From Octopus sinensis (Eukaryota): DNA of 64,000 bases. Every line of letters starts with the position of its first letter. Within the stretch, counting starts at the first letter, position 1. The notes below the pieces were generated by a model. That model was not told the origin of the DNA. It did not search any database and worked only from the letters and a program-made list of their open reading frames with translations. The stretch covers positions 139,686,001 to 139,750,000 of the forward strand of contig NC_042997.1 in NCBI RefSeq assembly GCF_006345805.1, read 5' to 3'. A program made the translations under genes and the position numbers. This document shows, piece by piece, positions 47,850 to 59,800 of the stretch.

Positions 47850-50800
47850 ATGTCTAGTCGTGCTCTTCGTCGACTTCAAAAGGACAATATCCCTGTTCTT
47901 ATCAATGACAGTGGCGACGAGAACAATTACAGTAACAGTGAGAAGGAGTTAAACAATGAGGATTATCTTCTGAAACCACGCGCACGCAATAAAAACAAGA
48001 AAAAGAAAGAATTCGTTGGTAATCGTTTCGATTTGGTAAAGTATCCAATATGTTGACTTTAATTTTGCTCTTTGATGATAACTAGAATACTGTAGATTTT
48101 CTTTTTTGTGGAGAATAAGGAAGTTGTACCAGGCTACACGAAGTTTATTTTCTTATACTATCCTTTTTTTTTAATAAGGTTATGCATCGTTAAATAAAAA
48201 CCTGCAAACTCTTCATATCTATGAAGAAACGTATGATCGTTGTTCTATGGCTTGCTTGAGAAAAAAATTTAATTGTTTACAAAACTGGTTTTTGCCGAGA
48301 TTAGGAGTAAGACCTTCTTGAACATTTCGCGTCAACCAGTTGCATTGATTTACATTTTTTTAAACCAGCGGTTCTCAAACGGTACGCTGTAGTTTTTTTT
48401 TTTTTTTTTTTTCTAGTTATAATTTAAGCCTTCAGAAAATCTATACTAATGCTTGAATGTCTTGAAAAACGTATTATTTGTAATTTTGACAGCTACTACT
48501 AGTGAACAGTGGTCCCGGTGCGCGCATCCGCTCTAGCTAGTCGTAAGTAGTCGATCCGACAACGACTTGCACGTATATTTGTATTTCAAGGCTGAATACA
48601 TATCAAGGAAAATTAAATAGTATTTTTCGAAAAAAGTAAATAAAACGCAAAGTAAATAATTTTTTAAACTAAGTAAATAAATTATTTTTTAAAACAATGT
48701 ATATATTTTTCAAACAAAGTAAATAAAACGCAAAGTAAATAATTTTTTAAACTAAGTAAATAAATTATTTTTATAAACAAACTAAGGTTAGGGTTAGGGT
48801 TAAAAACTCGTAGGATCGACTACTTACGAGTAGCTAGCGTGGATGCGCGAGTGCGCGCACCGGGACCACTGTTCGCTAGTAGTACCATTTTGACATACAT
48901 GGTATGCTAAATGAAACAAAATAAGTAGTAAATGGATGCCGGAAATTTATTTTAAATTTTTATGACGTGCGCCAGTAATTTTATATTTGAGCTCCATGAT
49001 GTTATGAAGTTAAAAGGATTGATTACACTAATTAAAAAAGTATATCTGCCAGATAATTTTTTCAATTTATTTCGTCCAGATTAAAATATCTTTAACTTAC
49101 ATGATTCAATAAATTTTATAATTTTTATTGTTAAATAATAACAATACCATCATCCGATTTTAGCGTAGTTTCTGTATTCTTTTATACAATATAGTTACTT
49201 GATATGGTGCAATTGTTTGATAAAAGTTATAGTGATATAATAGCTGATTGCTTCTCATCAGAAGCTCTGGGAACACAAAGTCTATTTCCTCCATACGTTG
49301 CTTTTAGGGTTTAAAGTTGTTGATCGTTAAATTAAAACTTGTAAAATCTGTTTATATATCTGGGTTGACTGTGAAAAAATGAAATTGTGAATTCTATGAA
49401 GCAATTTTTATTTTATTTTAATGCCTAGAAACAGTATGTTCCCTTTTCTGTTTTCTAGAAGATTAACTTCATTACAATTGATAAAAGTAACAAAAGAATG
49501 GATAGATGATGTGAATGAAGAAATAAGAATAGATTGCATTTTCCCCGACTCAGCTAAAAACATGTGGTTGTAATGTTTAAGCATATCAACTTGGATTGAA
49601 GGCTTTTTCAGTGACAGAAAACAAGTGATTGTGACAAATTAATCAACATGACACTCCATGACATCAGGAATACTTCAAGGATTCCAATCCTTTTTGTAAT
49701 ACAAATGAAAGACTTACTAGAAATGTTAACGCAAATCTATACTTTTTGGGGTATGGTGCCAAAGTTACCCACACAAAACAATTCAAGAGGAATGATTTCC
49801 TAAACTGTAAGAAGATATCCAGGGAATAGAAAACTAGGTGTTAGCTTCCCATCTAGATATGAACATCTTCACATAGGAAGAAAGATTTATGAACAAGAGA
49901 AATATAAGTTCTGCCAGACTGTAATCAGAAAGAGGGGGAGAGAAAAAAAATATAGGAAAAAGCTTATTGTGATAAGAGATAAAAAATAAGCAATAATAAA
50001 TCTCTGAACGAGATGTAAACAGTAACTGCACAACAATGTAAGGTATACTAGCCATCTCAGCTGGAGACGATGATCTCCTGGGGCTACAAGCTACAGTAAC
50101 ACCCACCCTTAGTGGTTAGCCATATTGAGATGGCTCTTATACTTTACATAGATAAAAAATAGTAATTTTTAAATGCTTATCATAGAAATATATCCCTTTA
50201 CAAATGTATTGTGAGATCCTATTGAGATTATGCTGATCCAGTCGGGAGTTCCTTCAATAAAGAACACAGGCAAAATTTGATTTGTATGAAAAAAGAGCTA
50301 CTGAACGACTACTTTGATGAATAATCTGTTCTAACCATAGAGGTCAAAAAAATTCAAACAACCGAGAAGGTATTTTGGAAATATAGAAAATAGTAGTATG
50401 AAAAAAGAGCTACTGAACGACTACTTTAATGAATAATCTGTTCTAACCATAGAGGTCAAAAAAATTCAAACAACCGAGAAGGTATTTTTGAAATATAGAA
50501 AATAGTAAATGAATATTATGAATTAGATTTATATAACTTTTTACCCCTGACGTGAATGTAAAACAAAAAAAAAATATACTAGAGAACATAAAACAGAAAC
50601 AAGAGGAAAGTGACATTCAGTTTGAGAACAGTAAAAATTTGGAAAAGTTTGATGAAAGGAGTGGTAGCAGTGAAAACAATAAATAAAATTGATTGAAAAA
50701 ATATTGTGGACAAATCGAAATAAAATATGATAATTATAAAGACATACTTTGGGATACCTGGGGGAACAATCACTCCACCCATCTAACACCCGTGGACATA

Positions 50801-53800
50801 TTTACAAAGTAAGAAAACAGCACAGCTCCCATGACTTCAGGAAACATTTTTTCACGCTGAGAGTTGCTGAAGCGTGGAACAAACTGCCGGCATCGGTTGT
50901 TAGTTGTCAGAGCACTGCATCCTTCAAAACTTCCATGCTTCCTGAGATTCGCCAACACTACACTTGATACACACACAAGCATGTTCACTTTCCAGACATT
51001 TCTACATTACTGCATGTACTTTATATGCACTTTCTGACAAGTTGTGGTGCACCTGAGCACTATACAATAATTTCATTATTAAAAAAAATATATCAATATA
51101 GTACTGGATAGCTACTTATTTTACTGAACATAGAAGGATGAAAAATAATAGCTTCAACATAGTTCAAATTTAGAGTATAAAAATGCCATTACTAGATACT
51201 GTAAAGCCCCTTCTTCAAAGCTCTAAAGATTCTACCAATTAACCCCGCTTCAGAAGAAACCTTTATGACACCGGCACATCATTTTGCTCCTGTTTATCTC
51301 CTTATTAAGATGTATATTGTTATATTTACAGTATTCTAAGTAATTAAGTATTTTGTTCTCTATTAATATATATGCATGCACTGTAAATAATGGCAATGAA
51401 TAAAATGTGCTTGCTAATTCTATCTGAAAATAGTTTTGGCATACTATTTGGATAATGTTGGTGACCAATACACAGGCATTTAAGGATTTGAATGAACTTC
51501 TAATATTGGGTAGCCTACTCAGTGAAGATTTTAAATTTTAATAACCAGCTAACAAGATTTAATCTAATAAACACTTAAATATTGATAATGTTGATGAAAT
51601 GGATGCATAAACCAACAGTTTAACTTGAAACTATTTATAGGTAACATTAAACTGGAACTAGTTAAGCTAAAATTCTTTGCATTATGTTGCATCAATGCAA
51701 TCATTAAACTGAAAGATGTCTTATGTCTGACAACAATTCAAAATGACTTCATTGATGTTTTAAAGTGTGCTGTTAAGAAAGTAAAGAAAGACCTCTCTCA
51801 GATATTAAAATTTTTGGATATAAAACAAACCAAGAAGAACTTGCTAAGGCTCAATGTATATGTTTCTTTCTGTAAATTTTCTGCAATCGGAGATGACCAT
51901 GGAGCTAAGCTTATAACATTGTTTTGTTTTGTTTTTTTTCATTTTAAAATCAGTTATGTTCAGACAAAAGTAAAGATTGTCAATTATCTAAGAACATAAT
52001 CCTTTTGGTAGTAACCTGCTTAAGACTTCATTTGGTTTTATGATACAAACTTCTTATTTTAAAGTGATCTAAATAAAAGTCTTCCATTAAAATTTTCTTA
52101 TTAATGTCCCAAATGTCAGCTTCCTTCTGACAAAGTTATTTTACTAAATTCTTTATTATTTTCAAAATTTACTGACAGAAAAGCAATGCATTTCAGCAAT
52201 GCTAACAAAAGTGTTAACTATCTCTGACCTGGTTGTTATGCAGTCTGAACATTTGCTCTTAGATCAATAATGCAGACAAATTTTAACACAGAAGCATTTT
52301 ACACCACATAAATGTTTTGGTACAATTTCCTCTACTTGGTTTTTTTTTTTTTTACATATATTCTCATATCTTTTGTGTCTTACATCTTGAACTTAGAATA
52401 GTATTTTTGTTACAATGTTGTCTACAACCAATATTAGACATTGTTCATATTTAGATATATGTTCAATGGTTTGTAGTAAGTTATATCTTAAGAGTGTTCA
52501 ATGTCATCTGGCTAATTTAACAAGTCTACCCTGGTCTTATATATATGTGAGTATGTACAATAGTGTTATGTAAAAGATTGTCTTACACTGACTTTCTAAC
52601 TGGAAGGTTTCTTTTTCCACTGATCACAATCTAAGTTGAGGAGTAATTTTTTCTTCAGGACTTATTTGTCTCAAATGTGACAAAATAAATTGAATCTGAT
52701 TATCAGTCATTGTTCTTCCTTATAGCTGGAAAATGGGAACAAAGAAGATGAGTGTGATGAAGAGGAAAAAGAAAAGGATGATACTCAAGCAGAATTAACA
52801 GAAGAGTCAAATGAAGTTGTTCAGAAAGAAAGCAAAATTGTACCACAAAAAAAGAAAAAAAAGAAGAAATCTAAAGCTACTCATGGATTCTGTAAAAATG
52901 AAACAACTATTGCACAAAATGTAAGGAAGCTCTGATTTCAAATTGGTAAAAATTCTTTGCTATTAATATAGCTGAGTTGCCTTTAAAATTATGTTCTCTA
53001 AAACATACAAAGGCAATATGACAGTATATCTTTATTCATTGCTTTATTTATTTATTTATTTTTTTTTTTTTTTTTCAGAATAATGATGACATTGATGCAG
53101 AAATAGAAGAAGCAAATGCTATTTTGGGAGAATTTCCTGTTCAGGAAAGTAAGGTCTCAGATAAAGAAATAGCAGCAAGCAGCACACGTTCAATTTTTAA
53201 TGTTGAGCACAGGTGATAAGCAGTGTTTCATTAACTTTATTCCTTTCAATTTTTGTGATAGAAAATATTTCATATTTCAATTGAATATTATTTAAAATAC
53301 ATTTGTTTTTTCTTTCTCTCTAGGCATTTAAACCCTGAGTATGAACTGAAAAGATTATTTGGCTCCCGAGTTATAAAAAGTGAACTAACGTAAGTTTTTA
53401 TTTCTGCTGGCATGAAACTAAGGTTTTTTAATTAACTAATTAATTAATTCATTTATTCATCAGGGTACATATTACTCCAGCTGGAGAAACTCTCTCTCTC
53501 TCTCTCTCTCAATTACACCCAGCACCATCTATTAGGTTCTGATTTTTGTTATGAGAACTTACCTTATTTGGCCTGCTGGGCCTGTGGATTGGTGAGGGTG
53601 CTTTTTAGATACCTAGGTAGAATTCATCTCAAAATGCAGAGAGCTGGAACAAATACGATAAGACATTTTGCTCACTATCTTAAAGATCTGGCTAACCACT
53701 GCCCTAGATTGATACTGTTGAGTTCACTCCAAAAGGATGAAAGACAAAGTTGACCTCGACTTTTAATGCATATTAATACTTAATCATCATCATGGCAGCA

Positions 53801-56800
53801 AACTGGCAGAATCATTAGTACACCGGGAAGGATGTTTAGCGGCATTTCGTCTGTCTTTACATTCTGAGTACAAATTCCACTGAGGTCAACTTTGCTTTTC
53901 ATCCTTTCAGGAACACTAGGGTTCATGTAGTTGACTTAATCCCTCCCCCAAAATTGCTGGCTTTGTGCCAAAATTTGAAGCCATTATTTCATTATCATCA
54001 TCCTTTTAACGTCCATTTCTCCATGCTTGCATTGAGACACATTTTCTATGGTTCAATGCTTCTCTGTTGCTACCCCCTCTCCATCTATTTCCAAGCAAGG
54101 TAATATTTCTCCATGTTCAGATATGCTTTCACTGAGGACTGGAAATAAGGGATATCACTTATATGATGGCAATACTTGTTTGTCTCAACATTGCACCGTT
54201 GTATAATGTTGAGAATAGGAAACCCAAAAAACACACATCATCATCATCATTGTTGTTTAACGTCCGCTTTCCATGTTGGCGTGGGTTGGACAGTTTGACT
54301 GAGAGGTGGCAAGCCAGAAGGCTGCACCAGGCTCCAACCAATCTGATCTGGCAAAGTTTCTACAGCTGTATGCACTTCCTAACACCAACCACTCCGAGAG
54401 TGTAGTGGGTGCTTCTTACATGCCACCAGCATCAAGGCCAGTCAGGCAGTACTGGCATTGACCACTCTTGAATGGTGCTTTTTACATGCCACCAGCATGG
54501 GAGCCAGTCAGGCAGTACTGACATCAACCACACTCAATTGGTGCTCCTGCATGGGTCCAGTCAGCCAGCACTTGCATTGACCATGCTCAAATGGTGCTTT
54601 TTAGATGCCACCAGTCAGATGGTACTGACATCAACCACACTCAAATGGTGCTTTTTATGTGCCACCAGCACAGGTGCCGATCAGGCGGTACTGTCATCGG
54701 TCATGACAATGACTTCACTTGACTCAACAGTTCTTCCACGTGGGTCCCGCAGAAGGTAGTGGCGAACTTCTGCTGACTCTTTCGCCACAACTTTCTCTCA
54801 CTCTTTCCTACTGCATCTTGCAGCTCACCTGTGATGGACCGGCGTCCCGTCCAGGTGGGAAACCTATACACCAAGGAAACCAGGAAACCGGCCCTTATGA
54901 GCCAGGCATGGCACGAGAAGGAACAAACAACAATATATATATATATAAGACCCACCTACCACAATAAAATTGAGATCCTAAAACCAAGGTACCATGTAAA
55001 AGCATTGGTGAGGGTGCCACAAACAAAGCACCCAGTATAATCTGTGGAGTAGTTTGTAATAAGAAGAGCATTCAGTCATATAGACCAAACCGAAACAGAC
55101 TGTAGAAGCTGGTGGCCCCTCACCTTACTAGTTCCTGTCAAGCTATCCAGCCCATGCCAGCATGAAAAACATGTTCAGAGGGATCAGCTATATGAATTGA
55201 CAGTACCTTGGTAGATAATGCAATTAAGGGTATGAAGACAGGGAAAGCCCCCAACCCATCAGGAGTCACTGCTGAGATGCTTAAAATATCTGACGGTGTT
55301 GGCTATAGTCTAGTCACCCATATAGTCAACTAGGTGATACATGAAGGAGTCATACCCAATGACTGGTGTAGCAGCACCATAGTCAACTGCTACAAAGTAT
55401 ATACATTAGATAGGAATAATTACAGAGGTATCAAATTGTTGGATCAGGTGATGAAAGTCACGGAGAGGGTCATAGCCCAACTAATTAGGGAGAGAGTTAG
55501 TTTAGACGAGATGCAATTTGGGTTTGTGCCAGGGAGAAGCACTATTGATGCTATATTTCTAGTAAGGCAGCTGCAGGAGAAATTCCTAGCCAAAGATAAA
55601 CCTCTTTACTTGGCTTTCGTTGACATAGAGAAAGCCTTTGACAGGGTCCTCCGATCCCTTATCTGGTGGTCAGTGTGGAAACTAGGGATAGATGAGTGGT
55701 TGCTGTGAGCTGTATAAACATATACAGGAATGTTGTCAGTAAGATGAGGGTCGACAACAAGTATAGTGAAAAGTTCCTGGTAGAAGTAGGGGTTCACCAA
55801 GGATCAATCTAGCAAACACAAAAGTCTTTGTAAGTAGGAAGATGGACAAATCACAAATCCCTTCAGGTAGATAGCCCTGATTGATCGGTAGAAAAGGCGT
55901 AGGTAGAAACTCCATAAGATGTACCCAGTGTAAGCTATGGACACATAAGAGATACAGCAATATCAAAGGAAGGTTAACTGGGAAGATAGGTTTTGTGCAT
56001 GTTAGATGCACAGGAGCAATAAACCCCAAAGATGTATAGAAAACAGATTCCATCATATGCCAGGGGGAAAACTAGAAGTAGTAGATAGCTTCCGTTACCT
56101 AGATGACCAAGTTAGTAGTGGAGGTGGGTGCTCTGAGAGTGTAGCTGCTAGAATAAGAATAGCCTGGGCAAAGTTCACAGAGCTCCTACCTCTGCTGGTA
56201 ACAAAGGGCCTCTCACTCAGAGTGAAAGGTAGACTGTATGATGCATATGTACAAACAGCCATGCTACACAACAGTGAAACATGGGCTGAGGACATGCGTA
56301 GGCTTGAAAGAAATGAAGCTAGTATGCTCTGCTGGATGTGTGATGTCTGTGCATACCTGACAGAGTCTAAGTGCCCTGAGAGAAAAGTTGGACATAAGCA
56401 GCAGATGTGGTGTGCAAGAGAGACGACTGCACTGGTATGGTCATGTGTTGTGTATGGATGAGGATAGCTGTGTGAAGAAGTGTCACACCCTAACAGTGGA
56501 AGGAACCTGTGGAGAGGCAGACCCAAGAAGCCAAATGAGATCGTAGCTGTGGCCAATGCCAATGCATAACTGGCCTGTTTAAAAGTACCCTTCAATTGTC
56601 GGGCAATATGCTGTGCTTAAGAAAACCTGTTGAATCAAGTGAAATCATAGTTGTACCCAATGTTAGTGCTGCCTGACTGGCACCCGTGTCAGTGGCATGT
56701 AAAAAACACCATTCGAGTGTGTTCAATGCCAGTACTGCCTGTGTAGCCCCCTTGCTAATGGCACAGAATGGTTGATGTTAGGAAGGACATCCAGCTGTAG

Positions 56801-59800
56801 AAACCTTGCCAGATCAGACTGGAGCCTGGTGCAGCCTCCTGACTTGCCATCAAGGAAAGTGGATGTTAAACGACAATGATGATGATGATGATGAAAAGGT
56901 GCAAGCTTTTTATATATAAATTAGAATGCTGAACAAAATACTTAGCAGTATTTTGTCCATCTTTATGATAACTTGGCTTTTCATCCTTTTGGGGGAGTCA
57001 ATGTAATTGACTGACCCTACTCCCCAAAAATTTCAAGCCTTTTACCTTTCATAGAAAGGAATCTTAATGTAAAAGTTCTTCATATAAAAAAATATTCAGT
57101 TTATAAAATGATTCAAGGTTCAAGACTTTGGTCTCTCCTTTTCACATAAATAAAATGCTTACAGACCCAAATTTGGATCAACAATTTAATATAACTGTAT
57201 CCTCAGTGAAAGTGATAGTCAAAAACTGTTTGGAAAACTGAACAATGAATTAACCCTTTAACATTTTATCCAGCCCAAATATTTTACCTGGTTTATGTTA
57301 AAAACTGACCAGATCCAGTCTCTTGCACCTTCCCTACAATGTTATTCTAAAAATATACAAACACGCCATTGAAACCTTGAAGCTACGAGATATAATGCGT
57401 GATTAGCTCAAACCAATGTGAATAAATAAGCATTACATTTAACAGAGAAATCTGAATGCTAAAGAGTTAATCACTGAAGCAGACTAGCTTAATTCAAACA
57501 CCAGCTAAAATATTACAAAACCAAATATTGCTTGCTTGACTCAAGCAGTAGTACTACTGATTCTACGTCATCATCAAGCATATAGAAAGAACAGTCTGTA
57601 AAATGTTTGTTTTCGAAAATTATAGAAAATAACTGAAATATAGATTGTGCAACATCAGTTCCATAATGTTTTATCAATGATAAGATGAAAAAATTTATTG
57701 TACACTGACTTTCTTCTCTTATTGTACAGATCAAGAAGAAACAGAAAAGGTCGACCAACACCATGGCTTAGCACACCTAAAGATAATTGGTCACCTTACG
57801 TAAAGACAGGTATATAATTCAGTATTTCTCTAATTATAAAACAGATGGGTATATGGGTATTTTGAAAATACCTCATGGAGTGACAATCATGCTCTGCATA
57901 GTTACGGGTTGCCCTTTGGCAAGACATAGCACCGTTTCAGCCACCCTGCCAGGGTACAGCGAAGTCATGGGACTGCAGCATGGCAGATTGTGAAGAGGTA
58001 GTGGAAAAGCTCAACTGAGCCAATGGTGCTACTTACATTGATGCTGAGTGGAGGAACCCTAGAAGGTCAATGTTCAGGATCACCAGGTTTTATCAAGAGA
58101 GTAACTGCAATGCATCCATAGGAGTGACATTCATGCTTGTGTATTCAGCTAATGAATGATTCACTCTGACTCAAGCTCCAGATTCAAATTCATAATAATA
58201 GAGTTCGATGGTGACTGAGAGTAAGGAATCTATAAAAGCAGCTTGACTGAATAAAATAGATACAGTCATAACATCAGTTTTTCAGAACCTTTGGTTCCAA
58301 AGCCTTTCTGAATTATTGATTTTTTTCCAAAGCAGGTGTGGTCACTTTGGTCAACACACTCTAAACTAAACAAATATTAAATAATTAAATAAAATACAGG
58401 TACCTGTATGTTAGTATAAATGATACATGTTTATTATTACTGTACTGTGCATGATACCAGTAAACTAGTTTGGTGGTTGTGGTAATTTGAAGTTCTTGCT
58501 CATAAATTAGTGCAGATTATAAGAGGTCTTGGATGACCAGTGTTTGGACGGCGATGTTGTAACTGTTTTTCAATCCTGTGATTGTAGTTCTTGATTAAAA
58601 AAACGATTTCTATAGTTCCAATGCTATATTTACAAAAATTAGTATACTAATAGATCTGACAAATTTTTTATAAAAAAGAAATGGGACACTATCTGTTCTA
58701 ACATATTTTTGACAGCAAAATATGTTACCAGGAATCCTAACAATCTGATTATAGAAATATTAATACTTTTAATTCTATTAATCTGGGGTACTTGCAGCAA
58801 TCCATTGCCAGGAAAACAAGATGGATTAAAAAGTCATTGAATCTATCAAAGAGTACTTTGAATTTATTTGGAATGTTCAGAAATAAATAGCCAAATTTTT
58901 TCTAATGCAATTTCTTGTAGAACCAAAAATGATTCTTGCACAATAGAGAAACTAGATGAAAGTAGATGAAACATCATCATAGATAGAGGAAATTTCCCAA
59001 ATCAGTCTTTGCAGATCCACTTAACATTAGCTCCAAATGTAATTCAGAAGAAATTTTTTTGCAATGACTACGTTTTCTGATGCAAAATCATAAAATATAT
59101 TGCATCAGAAAATGTACTTATTTTATATTTTATGCTTCATGCAAAACTAAACTTATGAGGAGTTACCTTTTTTCCTATATATTAATGTCCTCATAAATAT
59201 TTTATGTAAAAACAAATATGTGCCCAAGAAATATGTTGATAAAAAATTTTAATTTGAAATTTCTTATTTTGCCTTATTAATTAAATAGTTTTGTGGTTAG
59301 AGTATTGTGCTATTAACCATGTATTTACAAATTCCAGCCTTGCTGCAACAGTCATTGTAAAAGTACTTTCTGATATTTAGTTACCTTCTGCATTAAAATT
59401 TTTATGCAGCTAAAATATGATTTCATCTTGTTGACATCAATAAAGCAAGTACTAGTCAATTCCTGGACTTGATAGACTCTTATCTGATAGACTCTTCAAG
59501 TGTGCTAGCATGGCTGCAGTCAATATCTGAAAGTAGTAAAAGAATATAATATTTAAAACTTGATGTACACATTAAATTAAAATTGCCACCTGAGTGTCAT
59601 ATTAAATGTATACAGACTGTTAGAAGACATGATGCTGTAGAATTGTCTGAGATAAAATCTCTTCAAACAATTTCACAGCATCATGATGTGTGTTCATTTA
59701 GTATGATGAGGTACAGATGACAATTTTAATTTAATGCTGTTTCAATTTTTTTACTACCATGCAAGCTTCTGCAGTACCAGTGAATGTTTTATTCAGGTTT

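Larger units (their letters stand above)
49450..51090 (+). mobile_element. CR1-type LINE remnants
   Basis: WIEGFFSDRKQVIV; LYKCIVR...KKRAT; TRGHIYKVRKQHSSHDFRKHFFTLRVAEAWNKLPASVV, followed by a short 3'-UTR. Interrupted, and possibly two separate copies. Confidence 0.75.

Noticed and set aside
48786-48802. TTAGGG repeats as a telomere or interstitial telomeric site
   Set aside because: Fewer than three units, located inside a MITE.
51625-51999. 124-aa ORF in TCF25 intron 1
   Set aside because: AT-rich, non-ATG start, no usable splice context or recognisable domain.
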